A stretch of 63,939 bases of DNA, the filler included, from Dugesia japonica (lineage: Eukaryota), in the NCBI GenBank assembly GCA_001938525.1. It is 5 parts of 5 records of this genome, joined end to end, with 100 filler letters (N's around TTAATTAATTAA, not from the genome) between each part and the next. Parts side by side here need not be neighbours in the genome. Positions count along the whole stretch, not along the records: positions 30,639 to 41,427 come from MQRL01644434.1; positions 41,528 to 51,439 come from MQRL01613980.1; positions 51,540 to 63,939 come from MQRL01540634.1; 2 more parts are not named here. One strand, 5' to 3'. Below, in pieces: positions 39,002 through 53,370 of this stretch. How positions within the stretch are numbered: the stretch's first letter is position 1; each line of letters opens with the position of its first letter. Made by a program: the position numbers and the translations under genes. The notes beneath the pieces are model-generated. The model made no database searches and was not told where the DNA came from. It worked only from the letters and a program-made list of their open reading frames with translations.

Positions 39002-39872
39002 CTATAAAACAATAAATGATATTCTTTTATATGTAACATGCAAGTGCAATATGTTTTTATTGATATAATAATTGATCATAATCACGAAGTCTAAATAAAC
39101 ATTACTGGAGATATTTTAAAATAAAAAATCCCTAAGAACAAATAAAATTATTAAATTCTACCGTAGATAATTATTGTCGAAGTAATAGAGTTCCTTTTAA
39201 TAATTTAGGTTACTAAAAATATTTTAAAAATTGATATTAGAACAAAAGATATGAAACATTTGTATGTAAACAAATCGTTCTAACAATGTAAATTGATGTA
39301 AAACGATTCAATAAATATTTAACCACGTTTACATCAACAAATAGGATGCGATTATGTACAACCACATTTGCATTTTACTTTGAATAGAAAAAAATTATTC
39401 AGTGAATGAGAGAAAACTTACACTACAAATATTAGCAAGCATGTATAGTGTTGGAAACAAAAACAATATTTTTTAAATAAAAACCATATGCAAAAATAGT
39501 AGTGGTTTCATAAATTACTTATGAAAGTTATTAAGAGTTGAAAGACATGGATTCCAAGTAATCGGTTTGATTAGAGACTACGGATTTGTATAACAAAAAC
39601 TAGTCTGTGATCAACACAACGATCATAAATAAACCTCCAAATTAACGAAAGAGTGGGGAAACAAATTAAATTCATGATCTCGACTGGTCAGCACTATACA
39701 TTAATATGAATCTATTTGAAATATTTTTCGAAGTTATTGAGAGAGTATTGAGGCGAAAAGAACGAAAATTAATGATGAGTTCTTGTTATTTATAGAATGG
39801 TGAAAAATATCATCGAATTGCTGAAAGAATCAATAAATTAAACAAATCTAATTATATAAAACCACGTATTAA

Positions 39873-40106
39873 CCCATAAAGGGCCGGAATTAAACTATGA
39901 AATTTATTTGAAAAATATCGATTGTTCCCATTTGAGACCCTCTAGCGTCAAAATTTATTAACGCTTCGAACTTCCTTTTTATGTTATAGTTTGAAAACAT
40001 AAAACATAATCTGCTGAGTAAAATAATAATAACTTATTTACAATTCTCATGGGTTTAATGCGATATAAAAATGCATACTAAAAAAGGGACGTTGGCCGTT
40101 GATGGG
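39873..40106. mobile_element. piggyBac-like MITE
   Basis: TTAA|CCCATAAAGGGCC...GGCCGTTGATGGG|TTAA. Confidence 0.75.
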
Positions 40107-41145
40107 TTAATCAGAATAGACGAAAATAAATAAATTAAATAACGATTAGTTTTAATTAGTTGTATAGAGAATATAATTATTATTTTTGTTTATATGTCGT
40201 CTATATTGAAGAGTAAGATAGTTCCGTAATATTTTCTTGAAATAAACAATAATATTGAACTTAGAATTATGTAAATAAAAAAATACAAATTCAGAACTTT
40301 GATTAAATAAAAAATATAGTCTTTAGATGTATCTTAAACATCATGAATGATTTAAAATTAGAATTATATTAAGGTGACTAACAACAGCACTATAATATAG
40401 CATGATATTACAAAAAAATACAGGTACTACCAAAAATATCAATGGAAAATCAAATACATTTCCTGTTAAAACTTGGGTATTAAAAAGTAATGTACTATTA
40501 ATATATTACAAAAATTTCGAGTTATTTACAACGAAAATGACAACAATTTTGGTGGATAATTAAAATTTTCTCATGATAAAATTGACACGTAGTTTAACCT
40601 TTACAGGAAATGTGTATTCGTTGAGATTTGTAAATAAGTTAAAGATTTGAGTTTGAATTTGATGAAAACAAAAATAATGTAAGCAAAACATGTTTAAATA
40701 TTGATTTTCCTCTTTTCGTGAATTTTTATAATAATATTAAAGAGAAAATTATGATAATATGTAGTCTCAATTGTGATAAATAAACTATCTTCTTAATCTT
40801 AGTTTCAGTAATACAAATTTTAAATTAAAATATAGGCTTCTATTATTATATTTTTTCTAACTCTCAATATATGACAATGTGTATTCCAGTGCAAAAACAC
40901 CGCTTCGCAATTTCTTTTTGATTAATTTTAAAGATCAATGTAACGAAGAATTATAATTCGGGAAAGAAAGGGCTAAACATCAAATAATGATAACAGTTAC
41001 ACATGAATAACTTAATTTAAAATTATTCTAATGCAAATATGTGGTCGAAATATTTGTTAAAAGTAAACAAATCTTACTATGTTTGTATGAGAAGAATATC
41101 AACATAATTTAAACATAATTAAACCAGAAACAAATTAAAACTTAC

Positions 41146-41157
41146 CATTTTAAAATT
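41146..41157 (-). CDS. KIF21: Candidate 12-nt microexon of KIF21 (NFKM)
   Basis: tttaAG|aattttaaaatg|GTAAGT; phase 0 joins the GKR exon, and NFKM-GKR resembles EYKT-GKR of vertebrate KIF21. Confidence 0.5.
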
Positions 41158-41427
41158 CTTAAATATAAATTATTCAATATTTATTAATAAGTAATGAGAA
41201 ATCCAAGAAAAAATATATAATCATTTTTCAATCAAATATTAATTACTGAATCATAATTTAAAGTGACGAAACAATTTTTTTAGATAATTTGAAACCAATG
41301 TTCCGTTTAGTTTTTTTGACTAATTTCGCGGAAAAAATTCGAGTTAGCGTAATAAAAAAATGAATTAATTAATATAACCATGTAAAACGATTCTTAGAGG
41401 TTGGTAACATTTATAAGCACATAGATG

Positions 41428-41527
41428 NNNNNNNNNNNNNNNNNNNNNNNNNNNNNNNNNNNNNNNNNNNNTTAATTAATTAANNNNNNNNNNNNNNNNN
41501 NNNNNNNNNNNNNNNNNNNNNNNNNNN
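41428..41527. other. Artificial contig linker
   Basis: 44N-TTAATTAATTAA-44N. Confidence 0.95.
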
Positions 41528-42199
41528 GGAGGGGGTATGGTGTGAGTTGAAAGCGTACTATTACTATTACTTATATATATATATATATATATATAATTCA
41601 TTTTAATAATACTAATTAGAATGTATATATTGATTAAATTGTAATTGGGGTATATTCATTATAATAAATTTCTTTTCTTAAATTCGATTCATTTCTATTT
41701 TTATAGATATCAAGTTGAGAACATCAAAGAATGAATACAAAATAACTAAAGAAATATTAGGATTGATTGGTGGCCACATTCAGGCTGGGAAAAGTAATAA
41801 GGAGATTTTGGATTCTGTAAACATAAGAAAAATCTGTAAAAATTAACCAGAGAAGATGATACATGAACTATAGTTAGTTCCACGAAGTTACCTCGTTAAT
41901 TCTGGGCATATGTACAGGTAATAGCACGCTAACTCAAAAAGGCATGGCTGAAGAATTGGTGAATTTTGGAAATTATCACCCACAAACCACTAATTTTCCA
42001 AATTTTAACAAGGATAGAAATTACTATAAGACTGAACAGATTTCCTTATTAATGGAATTCATTACATGTGCTTATGCTAATATTTGTTAATTATTTCAAG
42101 AATTAATACAAAGTTCTATTGATTAGATTGATAGATTAAGATAATCAATAAATTCATTAACTCTATAAAAAAATTTTAAATATGAAATATTCATATTTT

Positions 42200-43850
42200 A
42201 CAATGACAATTATTGTGAGAATAATTGTTGGAATTAACTATTTATCGTATTTGAGATTTGAAGATAATTCATGAAGACAATAGCCGAAAATTCGGATAAC
42301 TTCCAAAAAAGAAAAACAATATTTTGATAAAAGCTTTTAATCTAATGAAATTTTAAATTATTACCATAAAATAAATTTACAATTAGATGTATTGTGAGAA
42401 TAATTGTTAGACTTAACCCAATTATCGCATTTTTAAACTTTCAATAAATTAAAAAGCTTAGATGAAAATCCTTTTTTTTGGTTAGTAATGAGAATTTTTC
42501 AACTAGTCTTTTTAAGTATTGTTCATTTCGAGATTAATAAGCCTGTTTTTCAAAATTTTTCTATCAAGATTGTCAACAATGATAGTGCCGAGGATAAGCT
42601 TAATAATAATAGTACGAACTGTAACAATGACATTGGATCATTTAATTTTCTTAAATCTGATAAATGTAATACTAATGCAAACTTTAATAAAGGTAAAATT
42701 GCTTTATCTGCAAATGAACTCGGTCCATACATAATGAATACAGCTATTTGAAACCTATTCATAATAATATAGACAAAATAATATAAAATGAAATTGCAAT
42801 GCAAACTTTATTGGTAAAAATACAACCAAAAATGGCAAAAGCAATATTGAATTTTTTTGCAAATGGTTCAAGTGCAAAATAATGATAAACTATCTGCAAA
42901 ATTTCAATTTTTAAAAGAAAAGATAAACCAGTTTATTTTAACAAACTGAAGAAATATAATTATAATAATTAAGCTAATCTATTTTTTAAAAATGTTAATA
43001 ATTGTACAGTTTATTTAAATAAAAATTCTAATTCAACTTCTGTTGGAAATTCTAATAGAGTTAATATATATAATTCAAATAAAAATAATAGAAAATTCTA
43101 ATAAAACGTTTATTTAAATTTCTTATAAATTTAATTGTAAATATTATTCTAAAAAAAATCTAATGAATTTAATAAATTTAAATTTACAAACAATTCTTAT
43201 TAAATTAACAAGGAAAATTTCAATAAATCTAATAAGTTTAATTTTGAGGTAAATTCTAATAAAACTAATAAATTTTAAAGTTAAACATAATTAAAATTTA
43301 AACATAATTTAAATTTAGTTAAAAATAATAATAAAGCTGCAATTACTGATGTAGAAACTATTTCTACAACAGATTTTAATATTTTGCCACATTATGATAA
43401 TTCTATAAAAAATAATGCTATGCAAATCACGTGACATTGTAAAATAAATGTCAAATTCTATTATATGGATTATTCATGGAACTGATGTTCTTGACTTAAA
43501 TCAATCACCACGTGTAAGTTAGATCCTTAGACTCTGATAATGAGTTTTTGATCTTTATTTCGGTTAAGTCTGTCTACAAAGATGGTTCTTGCTAAAATTA
43601 AATCTGTAGCTTGAAAGTAAACTAAAGCGGTCTCTGCTGAGCGTTATTCGTACAACAAAGATGAAAACATACCTTTTCGAAAACTTTTTATTTTTGAAAA
43701 ATAATTCCTATCGAATTCCAGATCAATTGATGAAAAAAATCTCGATTAAAATTTTTTGCAAATATTTTCGAAATTTGAGATGCTTAATAATTACAATTAT
43801 TGTGAGAATAATTGTTGGACTTAACCATTGATCGCATTTGAGATTTCATT
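42200..43850 (+). repeat. Dispersed ~55-bp repeat, three copies (~42205, ~42390, ~43795)
   Basis: attgtgagaataattgtt(g/a)ga(a/c)ttaac...atcg(t/c)attt recurs. Confidence 0.7.
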
Positions 43851-43984
43851 AAAATAAAGAAAAAGATTCGATCAAAATAATATATATTTGTAAAAAAGTT
43901 CAAATTTTCAACAATAATCTACTTCAGGAACATGTTAGCTTCTTGATATATTCAACGCAATAGATCTTTGTTACTCAATTCTTT

Positions 43985-46900
43985 AAATGGGCGATGATGT
44001 CGAAAAATTTATTCTAATGACAACGAAATATTTTGATATAGCCGGAACAAAGAAAAACTATTGGAATTTGGTTACAATTGGTTTCATAGATAAAAGTTTA
44101 CGGGAAATCTATGAAAATGACGACGAAGCATAGGGATTTGAAAAAAGATTCAAAAACGCTTTCTTTAGGCTACCAATAATGATTAAAGATATAGAGAAAG
44201 CTCTAAATTATTGTTGGAGTGCAGAGCATATAAATATCTATAAGATGAAGATTGGAGGATTGGTAAAAAAGTTAATGGCTCGTAAATGTAACAAAGATGA
44301 CTTTAAAAAGGAGTTAATAATGAATAGTGGCAATGACAGAAAGATAATACATAAAATCAAATCAGGAAAAATAGAAAAGTAGAAGATGTATTTAAAGCAA
44401 TAAAAGAATGGGAAGACATAAAGACGAAGTAAAAACTGAAAAAATAAATGTAGTTCGTAACTACAGAGATGCAGTTCGCAGAAGTTCAGAACAAAGAAAT
44501 TTCATTAAGAGTCGTAATGACGAAATACAACAGAACAGAAACCACGAAAGACGAGAAATCACGTGTTGGACCTGTAACAAAATAGGTCATGTAAGAAGAA
44601 ATTGTCAAGAAAAATAAAGTGTTATGGTTGTGGATCTGAACAACATTTGAGAAGAGACTATACAAAAGTTAATTGCTTAAGATGCTACAAGAAAGGACAC
44701 TACACACAAATATGAACAGAAAGTTTAGTTATCAGAAAAAATGTGAACAGGACAGAAAAAAATTGGAAATAGCAAATAAAGATATTATTCGAACAATACG
44801 AATAATTACACAGAAGGAATGGAAGTCATGTTAATTTAATTGTGGAAAATGGGAAAGATTGTGTATGTAGAAAAGTAAAAAAAGGAAAAAAAAGGATCAA
44901 ATATTTATAAAAATTGTCAAGCTCTGACCGAAGTCGAGATTGTAGTAGTGCTGAACTAAGTATCCTAAAAAATCGTTGTAAAAGTTGTATAAATAATGAT
45001 ATAAATAAAAGAAACGAAGATAAACGAGTAGATGAGTACAATGATGTAAAAGAAAAGTTTACAACTTTATAAAGAAAGAATTGAGTAGTGGCCAACCAGA
45101 GATGATCAATGATATAAATGGGGAAAAAGACAGTGAAATTGTGACGATAAATGAGATAAAGCGACAAGAGATAAGTTATGACAAGGTGCAAGGTAGACCA
45201 AGTATAACGGTTGAAATACAAGGCGTAAAAGTTAGACACTGGAGCAAGAGTTAATGTGATGAGTTGGATAATTTTGGAAAGATTGTGAAAACCGAATGTA
45301 TTAAAAAGTGAAGACAATTTAAGATGTGCCAATAATAGTCCGCTCGAAATAGTAGGTACGATAAAGGTAGAAGTAGAATTTGAAAATAAAAGAGAAACAA
45401 TTAAATTCATTGTGGTTTAACAGATACATCCAGATCTAATAGATGGAATAGAATTACAGGTATCTGCTTAGATTCCAACTGCTGAGAGAGACTAAATGTG
45501 ATGACAACGAAATGTATCTTTGTAATATAGAAGCAAAGTATGGACGCAGTACAACAGATGAAGAGAGAGTACAGAGAACCATAAAAGTATTGATTAATAA
45601 GCCAAATGAGAATTTAGAGAAAGTTATAATGATTCATAAAGTAATATTCATGGCAGACAACTGGGATATTGGCCGAACAACAATGACTGAACATCAAATA
45701 ATCACAAAAGAAGAATCAATAAGTACGAAACCATGGAGACAACCAATGCATTTAGGGAATAAGATAGATGACGCTATCAAGAATTTGTTTGACAATGGCA
45801 TTTTTAGGAAGTGTAATTCGCAATGGAACAATTCGTTAATATGTGTTTGGAAAAAAGAAAGAAAAGACGTTAGATCATGTCTAGAATTTTTGAAACTGAT
45901 TGCAATCACAGAATGACAGGCATTTCCGATATTCAATGTAGACGAAATACTAGACGATTTGAGTGGTGCAAGATATTTTACTACTGTTGATTTTTACTGT
46001 TGATTTTACTACTGTTGATAAACGTTCCGTTATATTTAGATTTATAAAAGAAAACGCATTTTCTACTGAAAAATGGACAGTATTGTTTAACAAGAATGCT
46101 TTTTGGTATAGTTGGAGCCCCTGGAACGTTTCAAAAATTAATGACAAAAGTATTAGGAAAACTGAGAGGAACAATGGTATACATGAATGATTTATTGATA
46201 TTATCAGAAAGTTAAGAGCAGCACTAAAGAACTTTAGACCAAGTTTTAAAAGAATTCGAAAATCAGGATTGAGAATTAATCCGGAAAAATGTCACTTGTT
46301 GGGAGCAGAAGTCAAATTTTTAGGACATGTCATAGACACGAATGGAGTTCGAACTGATCCAACAAAAATTGAAGCGATAAATAATTTCAAAAGACCTAAA
46401 TGTGTGAAGAACTTGAGAAGCTTTTTGGGAATATGCAATTACTATAGACGATTTATCAATAATTACTCAAAGAAAGCTAGAAGCTTGGAAGAGCTTTATC
46501 GATGTAATAATACAAAACTTGAAAGTTGGGATAAAGCTTTTAATGAAATGAAAGAGGCATAACAAAAGTACTGATATTGAGTTTTCCAGATATCAAACAG
46601 ATGTTTGTACTATATACAGAAGCGAGTTTTGATGCAATTGGAGCAGTTTTATCGCAAATAAATGAAATACATTTTGAATAAGTCATTGTATATGGGTCAC
46701 ATGCAATATCAGCTCATGAAAAAGGATTTTGTATAACAAGAAAATAATTATTGGCTATTTACAATTTTTGTAACCATTTTAAACATTATTTGTATGGAAA
46801 AAGATTTTTGTTGAGAACAGATTACAAGGCAATAGCATTTATGAAAAAGACTAACAAGTCAATTTCAGACTTGGATGAAGTTTCTTAGTAGTTTGGATAT

Positions 46901-47920
46901 GAAATTGGAATTTAGACAAGGTGCAAAACATACAAATGTAGATATGCTGTCAAAAAGGAACTGTGGTACAATACTTAACAAATCATAAGAATCCAAAGGA
47001 AGGAAAAATAAAGACAAGAACAATTAATGGTATATCAGGTTCAGATACATATAAATGGCAAAGTAATGTAGAAAAAATTGAACAGATAAAAAATAATTTA
47101 AAAATAGAACATGTAAAAGGTTTCGATTAATAAAAGATATAATAACAACAAAAGACGGTAAACTATGGATCTCGTCAGGAAAGAAAAGTTAAATGGTAAA
47201 AGAAATGCATAACTTATTGGTGTACACAGGCACGGAAAAAGTGATAAATTATTTGAAAAATGAATATTATGTGTAAGATTGGAGAGAAATAGTGTCAAAA
47301 GTAATTAAAGAACGTACAGCGTGACAAATGAACAATGTAACAACATTTAGAAAAAAGAAGGAAACTATAAAATTAAATGTTAATGAACCATTTGAGAGTA
47401 TTTATATTGATATCTGTGGACAATTCCAAGAAACCTTAGAAAGAAAAAGATATATGTGCCATAATAAATAAATTTAACAGATACATATGCTTAATAGCCC
47501 TTGTTAAACAAGATGAAGAATCAATAAATGGATACTGAGATTTGGTGCTCCTAAAGAGATACATTTCAATTTTGTGAAGATCTTCGAATCAAAAGCCTTA
47601 AAGAGATGACAGATTCAATGAATATAACAATTGGCTTTTCAAGCCCATATCACCATAATACAAATGGAATAGTAGAAAGTCAATTCAGAACGATCAGAGA
47701 TTACATCAATGCAACATTAAAAGATAAAAAGAATAAAAATTGGGTAGAGTTGATAACAGAAATTGAATATACACTAAATTCATAAAGTCAAAAGACTTTG
47801 GAGATAAGAGCGGCAGAAGTGATATTCGGTAAAAAGATAATTAGAGAAAGATGATTCAATAATGGTGAAAAGAATGAAGAATCTGAAGAGTTGACATCAA
47901 CAAAGAGACATTTTTAAGAA
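43985..47920 (+). mobile_element. Near-full-length decayed Ty3/Gypsy element (gag-PR-RT-RH-IN)
   Basis: Gag with CWTCNKIGHVRRNC and further knuckles; protease LDTGA (45233); RT ...VKFLGHVID..LRSFLGICNYYRRFI; RNase H YTEAS; integrase FSSPYHHNTNGIVE. Many stops. Confidence 0.9.
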
Positions 47921-47949
47921 AAGACGAGACTTAACTGGGGACCCCGCCA

Positions 47950-50900
47950 AATATGTTAATGTAGTGACACACCATCATTAACGAAAATTAATTTTAGAAG
48001 CCTTGCCTAAAAAGACTCAGTAGCTTATCAATTTTAATATAAAAAAATATGATGGCAAAGATGCTTCAGAAGCTACAATATGGCTGAAAGAAATCAAAGA
48101 ATGGCTCATTTTGAATGATTGAAGCTTGATGGGAAGGTTTGATCTCTTGTTATCTGAGGAAGCCGGAGTTTTATAGAAAAATTCTAAGTGGAATGAAATT
48201 ACGAAAGAAAAGGGAAAAATGATTTATAGACACTTTTACAACAAAGAAGTTGATGGCAGAAATGAATTATAGAGCTTGAACCAGTTAAACAAGAATCAGA
48301 AGAGAAATTTGCAACGTTCGAGATACGAGTAAGACATTTAGTTAACTGTGCATTAAATTTAGGGTTAAGTCATGACGAAATTATAAATGATTTACTGACA
48401 AAGAAAGTCAGGAATCAAAATATGCGAGAAACGCTTACAACAAGATCAGATATTAAAGTTGTTGAGATGAGATCTCTTGCAAAAATATATGAAGATAAAG
48501 AATATTTTCAACGCGTTGCTGGGAATGAAGATATTTATGCAATATAGAGAAAAATTTATTAAAATGTGTTAAAAGGAGACCGAAGTGATCATCAGAGTTG
48601 AGCTCAAAACCAGCAGTAAGTTAGTTTTAAAACCAATAATAATGTAAGATTTGAAAAACCAAGAACAGAAATGTCAAACTATCAGAGAAAATATGAGAGG
48701 GTGTCACCACCTATAATTACAGAGAACAGAACACAGGTTTAAGTAGGATATCAACAGTTTCGATGAAACAGATTGCAAGATGTTATTTTAACAGATGTAG
48801 AGGATTGACAGAACCACAAGAAAAAGAATTACGAGAAGGGTAATGTTATTGTTGTGGAGAACATGAACATATGCGTTATCAATATCCATTAAAAGACAAA
48901 TTTTCGAAAGCTGGACACAATTCCCGCCAATGCTGTCTTGTGCAAGGTCGATCTAATGGCCCAAATACTAAACTTTTATGCATACAAGAAGAACAAGATG
49001 TACAAAAGGACGAAGATGAAGTCTTTGAAATGAATGATATTGTCAAAAAAAAAACCAGAACAATTCCGTTGCATACATTTGATCACTGAAAAAGTTTAAT
49101 TTCCGATGCCAGAAATCCAGTTATTATTGGATTGCTTAGCAAGTGCAAAAATATTTTCTTCAATTGATCTAGGACAAGCTTACTACGTTGTAGAATTATC
49201 AGAAAACTTGAGAGATGTTACGGCATTTAGTACAAAAGAGGGTCAATTTAGGTTCAATTGGATTCCATTCGTGTTGGGAACGGCACCGGCAAAGTATCAA
49301 AAGTTGATGCATGATATATTAGCATGGGTAATTTTTAAAGGTGTCATCGTATATCTAGATGGTATATTAGTGTATGGAAAGAACATCGAAGATCATAATA
49401 AAATTTTGAAAGAAGTTTTTAACAGAATCAGAGAATCAAAATTGAAGATAGATGCAGGAAAATGTAAATTTTACCAAAAAACAACTGGTATTTTTGGGAC
49501 ATACAATAAGTGCAGAAGAAATAAAAACAAACGAAACTAAGATACAGGAAATAGAAAATGCCGAAGAACCAAATTATTCATCTAAACTCAGGTCTTTTCT
49601 TGTCTTAACGAATTATTACATGCGTTTTATCAAGGATTACGCCAGAATTGCTACACCTTTATATGAAGCTATTCCAGGATGTGACAAACCTTGATGTGGA
49701 CAGAATCATGTAGAAAAAGTTTTGAAAGCTTAAAAGACAAGTTAAGTTGTGCACCAATTCTCGATTACCCAAGAGAAAATAGAATGTTTATCCTAGATAC
49801 TGATGCAAGTTTCGGAACTATTGGTGCAGTGTTGAGTCAAAGAACGGGAGATAGTGAAGAAGTGGTAATACCATATAGATCAAAGCACTTCACTGCTCAT
49901 GAAAAGAGTTACTGCGGTTCAAGAAAATAATTGCTGGCGTGACATGATTATATGGTACATTTCAAGCAATATCTATACGGAAAGAGATTCTTGGCAAGAA
50001 CAGATCACAATTCACTGATATTTATGAATAACACAAAAAAACCGATAAGCCCACAATTTCAAACGTGGAAGGCAAATCTGGGAGAGTATGACTTTGAGTT
50101 AAAATATCGAAAATGCTGATGGATCATCGCGGATAAACGAGAGTTTATGCTCACAATGCCAAACAGTACATTTGGATGCCAAGAAAGGAAAATCATGAGT
50201 AAAATATATTAATATTATACAGGAGAATGAAAACATCATAGAAAAAATTCGGAAGGCTCAGAAAGATGATCCAATAATTCAAAGAAGAATTGAAATAATG
50301 CAAAACGAATTACATCTAGTAAAATAAATCATACAGCAAAACTAATTGGATAAATTTGATCGCGAATTGAAAATTGATGATGGATTATTAGTCAAAGAAA
50401 GAGAAAATAAAAATTTGATAATAGTACGAACGAGTATAAACAACGAAATCATCAAACTTATTCATGAAGAATTTTGTCATTTAGGAATAAAGAAAACATT
50501 TTCATATTTAGAGAACAATTATTACTGGCCTACAATTATGGAGACTATTAAAAATAACTTGAATAAATGTGTGATTTGTGCAAAAAGGAAAATTTATTAA
50601 AGAAGAACAAAAGAACTGATGTTACCTAGAAAGTGTCAAGATATTTTAAAACAAATTGTGGTAGATATTGCTCATATGGAAACTGTGGCACCAGGAAAAA
50701 AAACATGGTGGTGATAATTAGTTTTATTTGTTTTCTTCATTTCAGTCAACTAAATTAAGACTTTTGATTCAATACTTAATTTAAAATACAAATGATTCTT
50801 CTTTGAAATTCTTCTTGCTTTTTGAACGCTTCTTTCAAAACTTGCCTTTCCCAATTTATATTTTTAAATAATAATAAACTTAAATAAATGTACACTATTG

Positions 50901-51439
50901 TATATACACTATTGTATATACACTATTGTTTATACACTATTGTATTATTTATTATTTATTTAAAAATATATTTTACAAATATAAATCTTTCGAATTAAAA
51001 ATAATAATAATCAATAATAAAACGATAAAATCTAATTATTAAACTTTTCACTAAATATTTACATTTAAAAACTTTTGTAAATAAATATTTTTATAAAGTT
51101 TTACAATTAAATTTCAAATATTTATTTAAAAAATTAAACTAATAAACATTGATTTGCATATAAACATTAAAACATTATTGCATTAAATTTTAAAAATATT
51201 TACGAATTTTGAAAATTACCTAACAATGATTATCGATTGGTTTAGCAAACCATTAAGTGCATCGAAGGATCAAAGATAGATGAAGAAACAATTTTCGGAA
51301 TAATTTTGAACAAATGGATATATCGTTTCGGCAAAAAATAGCTTATTAATCGACAGAGGAAGAGTGTTTGAGAGTAAATACATATCAGACCATGAGATAA
51401 TGAAGTTCAAATCAGATCGGCAAGTAGAAATCAAATTTC
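47950..51439 (+). mobile_element. Second decayed Ty3/Gypsy element (gag, RT, RH, IN; protease region apparently deleted; AT-rich insert ~50720-51230)
   Basis: Gag-like KYDGKD..EATIWLKE; RT FSSIDLGQAYY..VYLDGIL; ILDTDASFGTIGAVLSQ; KPISPQFQTW; IHEEFCHLG..YYWP..CVICAKRK. Confidence 0.88.
50891..50945. repeat. 14-bp tandem repeat, about 4 copies (tacactattgtata)
   Basis: Directly visible. Confidence 0.85.
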
Positions 51440-51539
51440 NNNNNNNNNNNNNNNNNNNNNNNNNNNNNNNNNNNNNNNNNNNNTTAATTAATTAANNNNN
51501 NNNNNNNNNNNNNNNNNNNNNNNNNNNNNNNNNNNNNNN
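51440..51539. other. Artificial contig linker
   Basis: 44N-TTAATTAATTAA-44N. Confidence 0.95.
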
Positions 51540-51880
51540 ATCATCAGTGGAACAACGAGACCTAATACATTAGAGTTGCAGAAAACCGAAAGTAAAGACA
51601 GACGTTACCCAATAAGAGAACAAAAAAAACCTAAATACAAACAATAAATTCCAGAGGGGAGTGTAAAAATAGATGTTGTTTAGTTGAAATAATATGTAAT
51701 CGGCAGTTTTTTAAAATATATTTTGTCTATTTAGTTTCTTTTAGTTATAAAACANNNNNNNNNNNNNNNNNNNNNNNNNNNNNNNNNNNNNNNNNNNNNN
51801 NNNNGAAATAATATGTAATCGGCAGTTTTTTAAAATATATTTTGTCTATTTAGTTTCTTTTAGTTATAAAACAACAGTTA
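51540..51880 (+). mobile_element. Gypsy 3' end: integrase tail, PPT and short LTR-like sequence
   Basis: RRYPIREQKKPKY then stop; agaggggag purine tract then TGT...ACA. Confidence 0.55.
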
Positions 51881-51889
51881 TAATATTTA

Positions 51890-53370
51890 TGTAATTTGTT
51901 ACAATTTTCATTGTGTGGGCTTAAAAGTTTAGTGTAAGTTTAAAATATTTGTATTATGGGTTAAGGGTTTATAACTTGGTTTCGAATTTTTATGTACTAG
52001 TATAGATTTTTGTATGATGGTTTATAATTTGTAAGTAATGTGTTTCAATTTATATTGTGCTATCTTAGAATTTTAAGTGTATTGGTATCAAATTTTAATA
52101 TATTGGTTTAGATATTTATATGATGGATTATAAATTTTATATTTTTTATTACAATTTTTATTGTGTTGTCTTAAAAGTTTGTATTTATTGTTGATTTCAA
52201 AATTATAGTAATAATTTAAGATAACTAAATTACTTTTTATGTATTGATTTTGATTATTTTTCGTATGACAGATTATAATTTTAATGTAATGTGCTANAAT
52301 TTTATATGTTTGATTAAAATTTTAGTGTGTTGACGTAGACCTTTGGTGTGTTGGTTTAAAATCTTAGAATGATTGATAATTTCCATGTGATGTATTAAAT
52401 TAATTAATTTGTAATTATTTCTGCTGTAAGTTTTATTTTAAGTAAAAGTTTGCAGATGTTATATTAGGTTAAATTTTTATTTGATTGATTTTTAAAAACT
52501 AGAGTAAATTATGAGAATATTTAAATACATAAATGATTGATTGAATTACATTAAATAGATTGTAAAAGTTCAAATAGATGATTGATTGATGAATAAAATA
52601 CATAAGATGGATTGGAAAAAATATTTTTATGGGTTCTTTATTAGTTCAGTTTGATCGACATATTTATTAAATTAATAAAGATTAAAATTAATTACTTGAT
52701 TTAATTCATATCAGTCAAAGGTTTGGTTTCAGTNNNNNNNNNNNNNNNNNNNNNNNNNNNNNNNNNNNNNNNNNNNNNNNNNNNNNNNNNNNNNNNNNNN
52801 NNNNNNNNNNNNNNNNNNNNNNNNNNNNNNNNNNNNNNNNNNNNNNNNNNNNNATTCAATTTCGAGTGATTCAATTTAGTTTCACGTGTTTTAATTTTAG
52901 TGTAATGGTTAAGGTTTTAGTGTGATGAGATAAATTTTCATATGAATGGTTAAAAAATTTAGTGTATTGGTTAAGAATTTAAGTGAATTGATTTTCAATT
53001 TGAAGTCAAGAGTTTATTAATTTTCATTTTGAGTATTAATTTTTATATGTTGGCTTTAAATTTTTATGTTATATATGTTACTTTTTTGTATGTTGGTTTT
53101 CAATTTCTGAGAATTGATTTAGAATTTTGTGTAATGTATTTATAATTTTAATGTATTGGATCATCTGTTTTTGTATGTCAGCTTTGAATTTTTATGTTGT
53201 GTTAAGTTTTTTATAATGATTTATAACTTTTCCTTTTGTTTGATAGGTTAAATTTACTGTGATAGGTTTCAATTTTCATATATGAACTAATAATTTTAAT
53301 GTACTGGTTAAGAATTTTACACGATGGATTATTATTTTATGTCTTGGATCAGAAATTTTAACTAGATTAC
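51890..53370. repeat. Degenerate ~21-bp periodic repeat, T/G-rich on the + strand
   Basis: Units like aattttaatatattggttta / atttttgtatgatggtttat / aattttaagtgtattggtatc recur at ~20-22 nt spacing. Confidence 0.7.

Noticed and set aside
39540-39830. Merlin/IS1595-like transposase remnant
   Set aside because: Only vague motif resemblance across broken frames; no TIRs identified.
51686-51873. Direct repeat flanking an N gap as a TRIM-like mini element
   Set aside because: Near-identical sequence on both sides of a scaffold gap is most simply an unmerged contig overlap.
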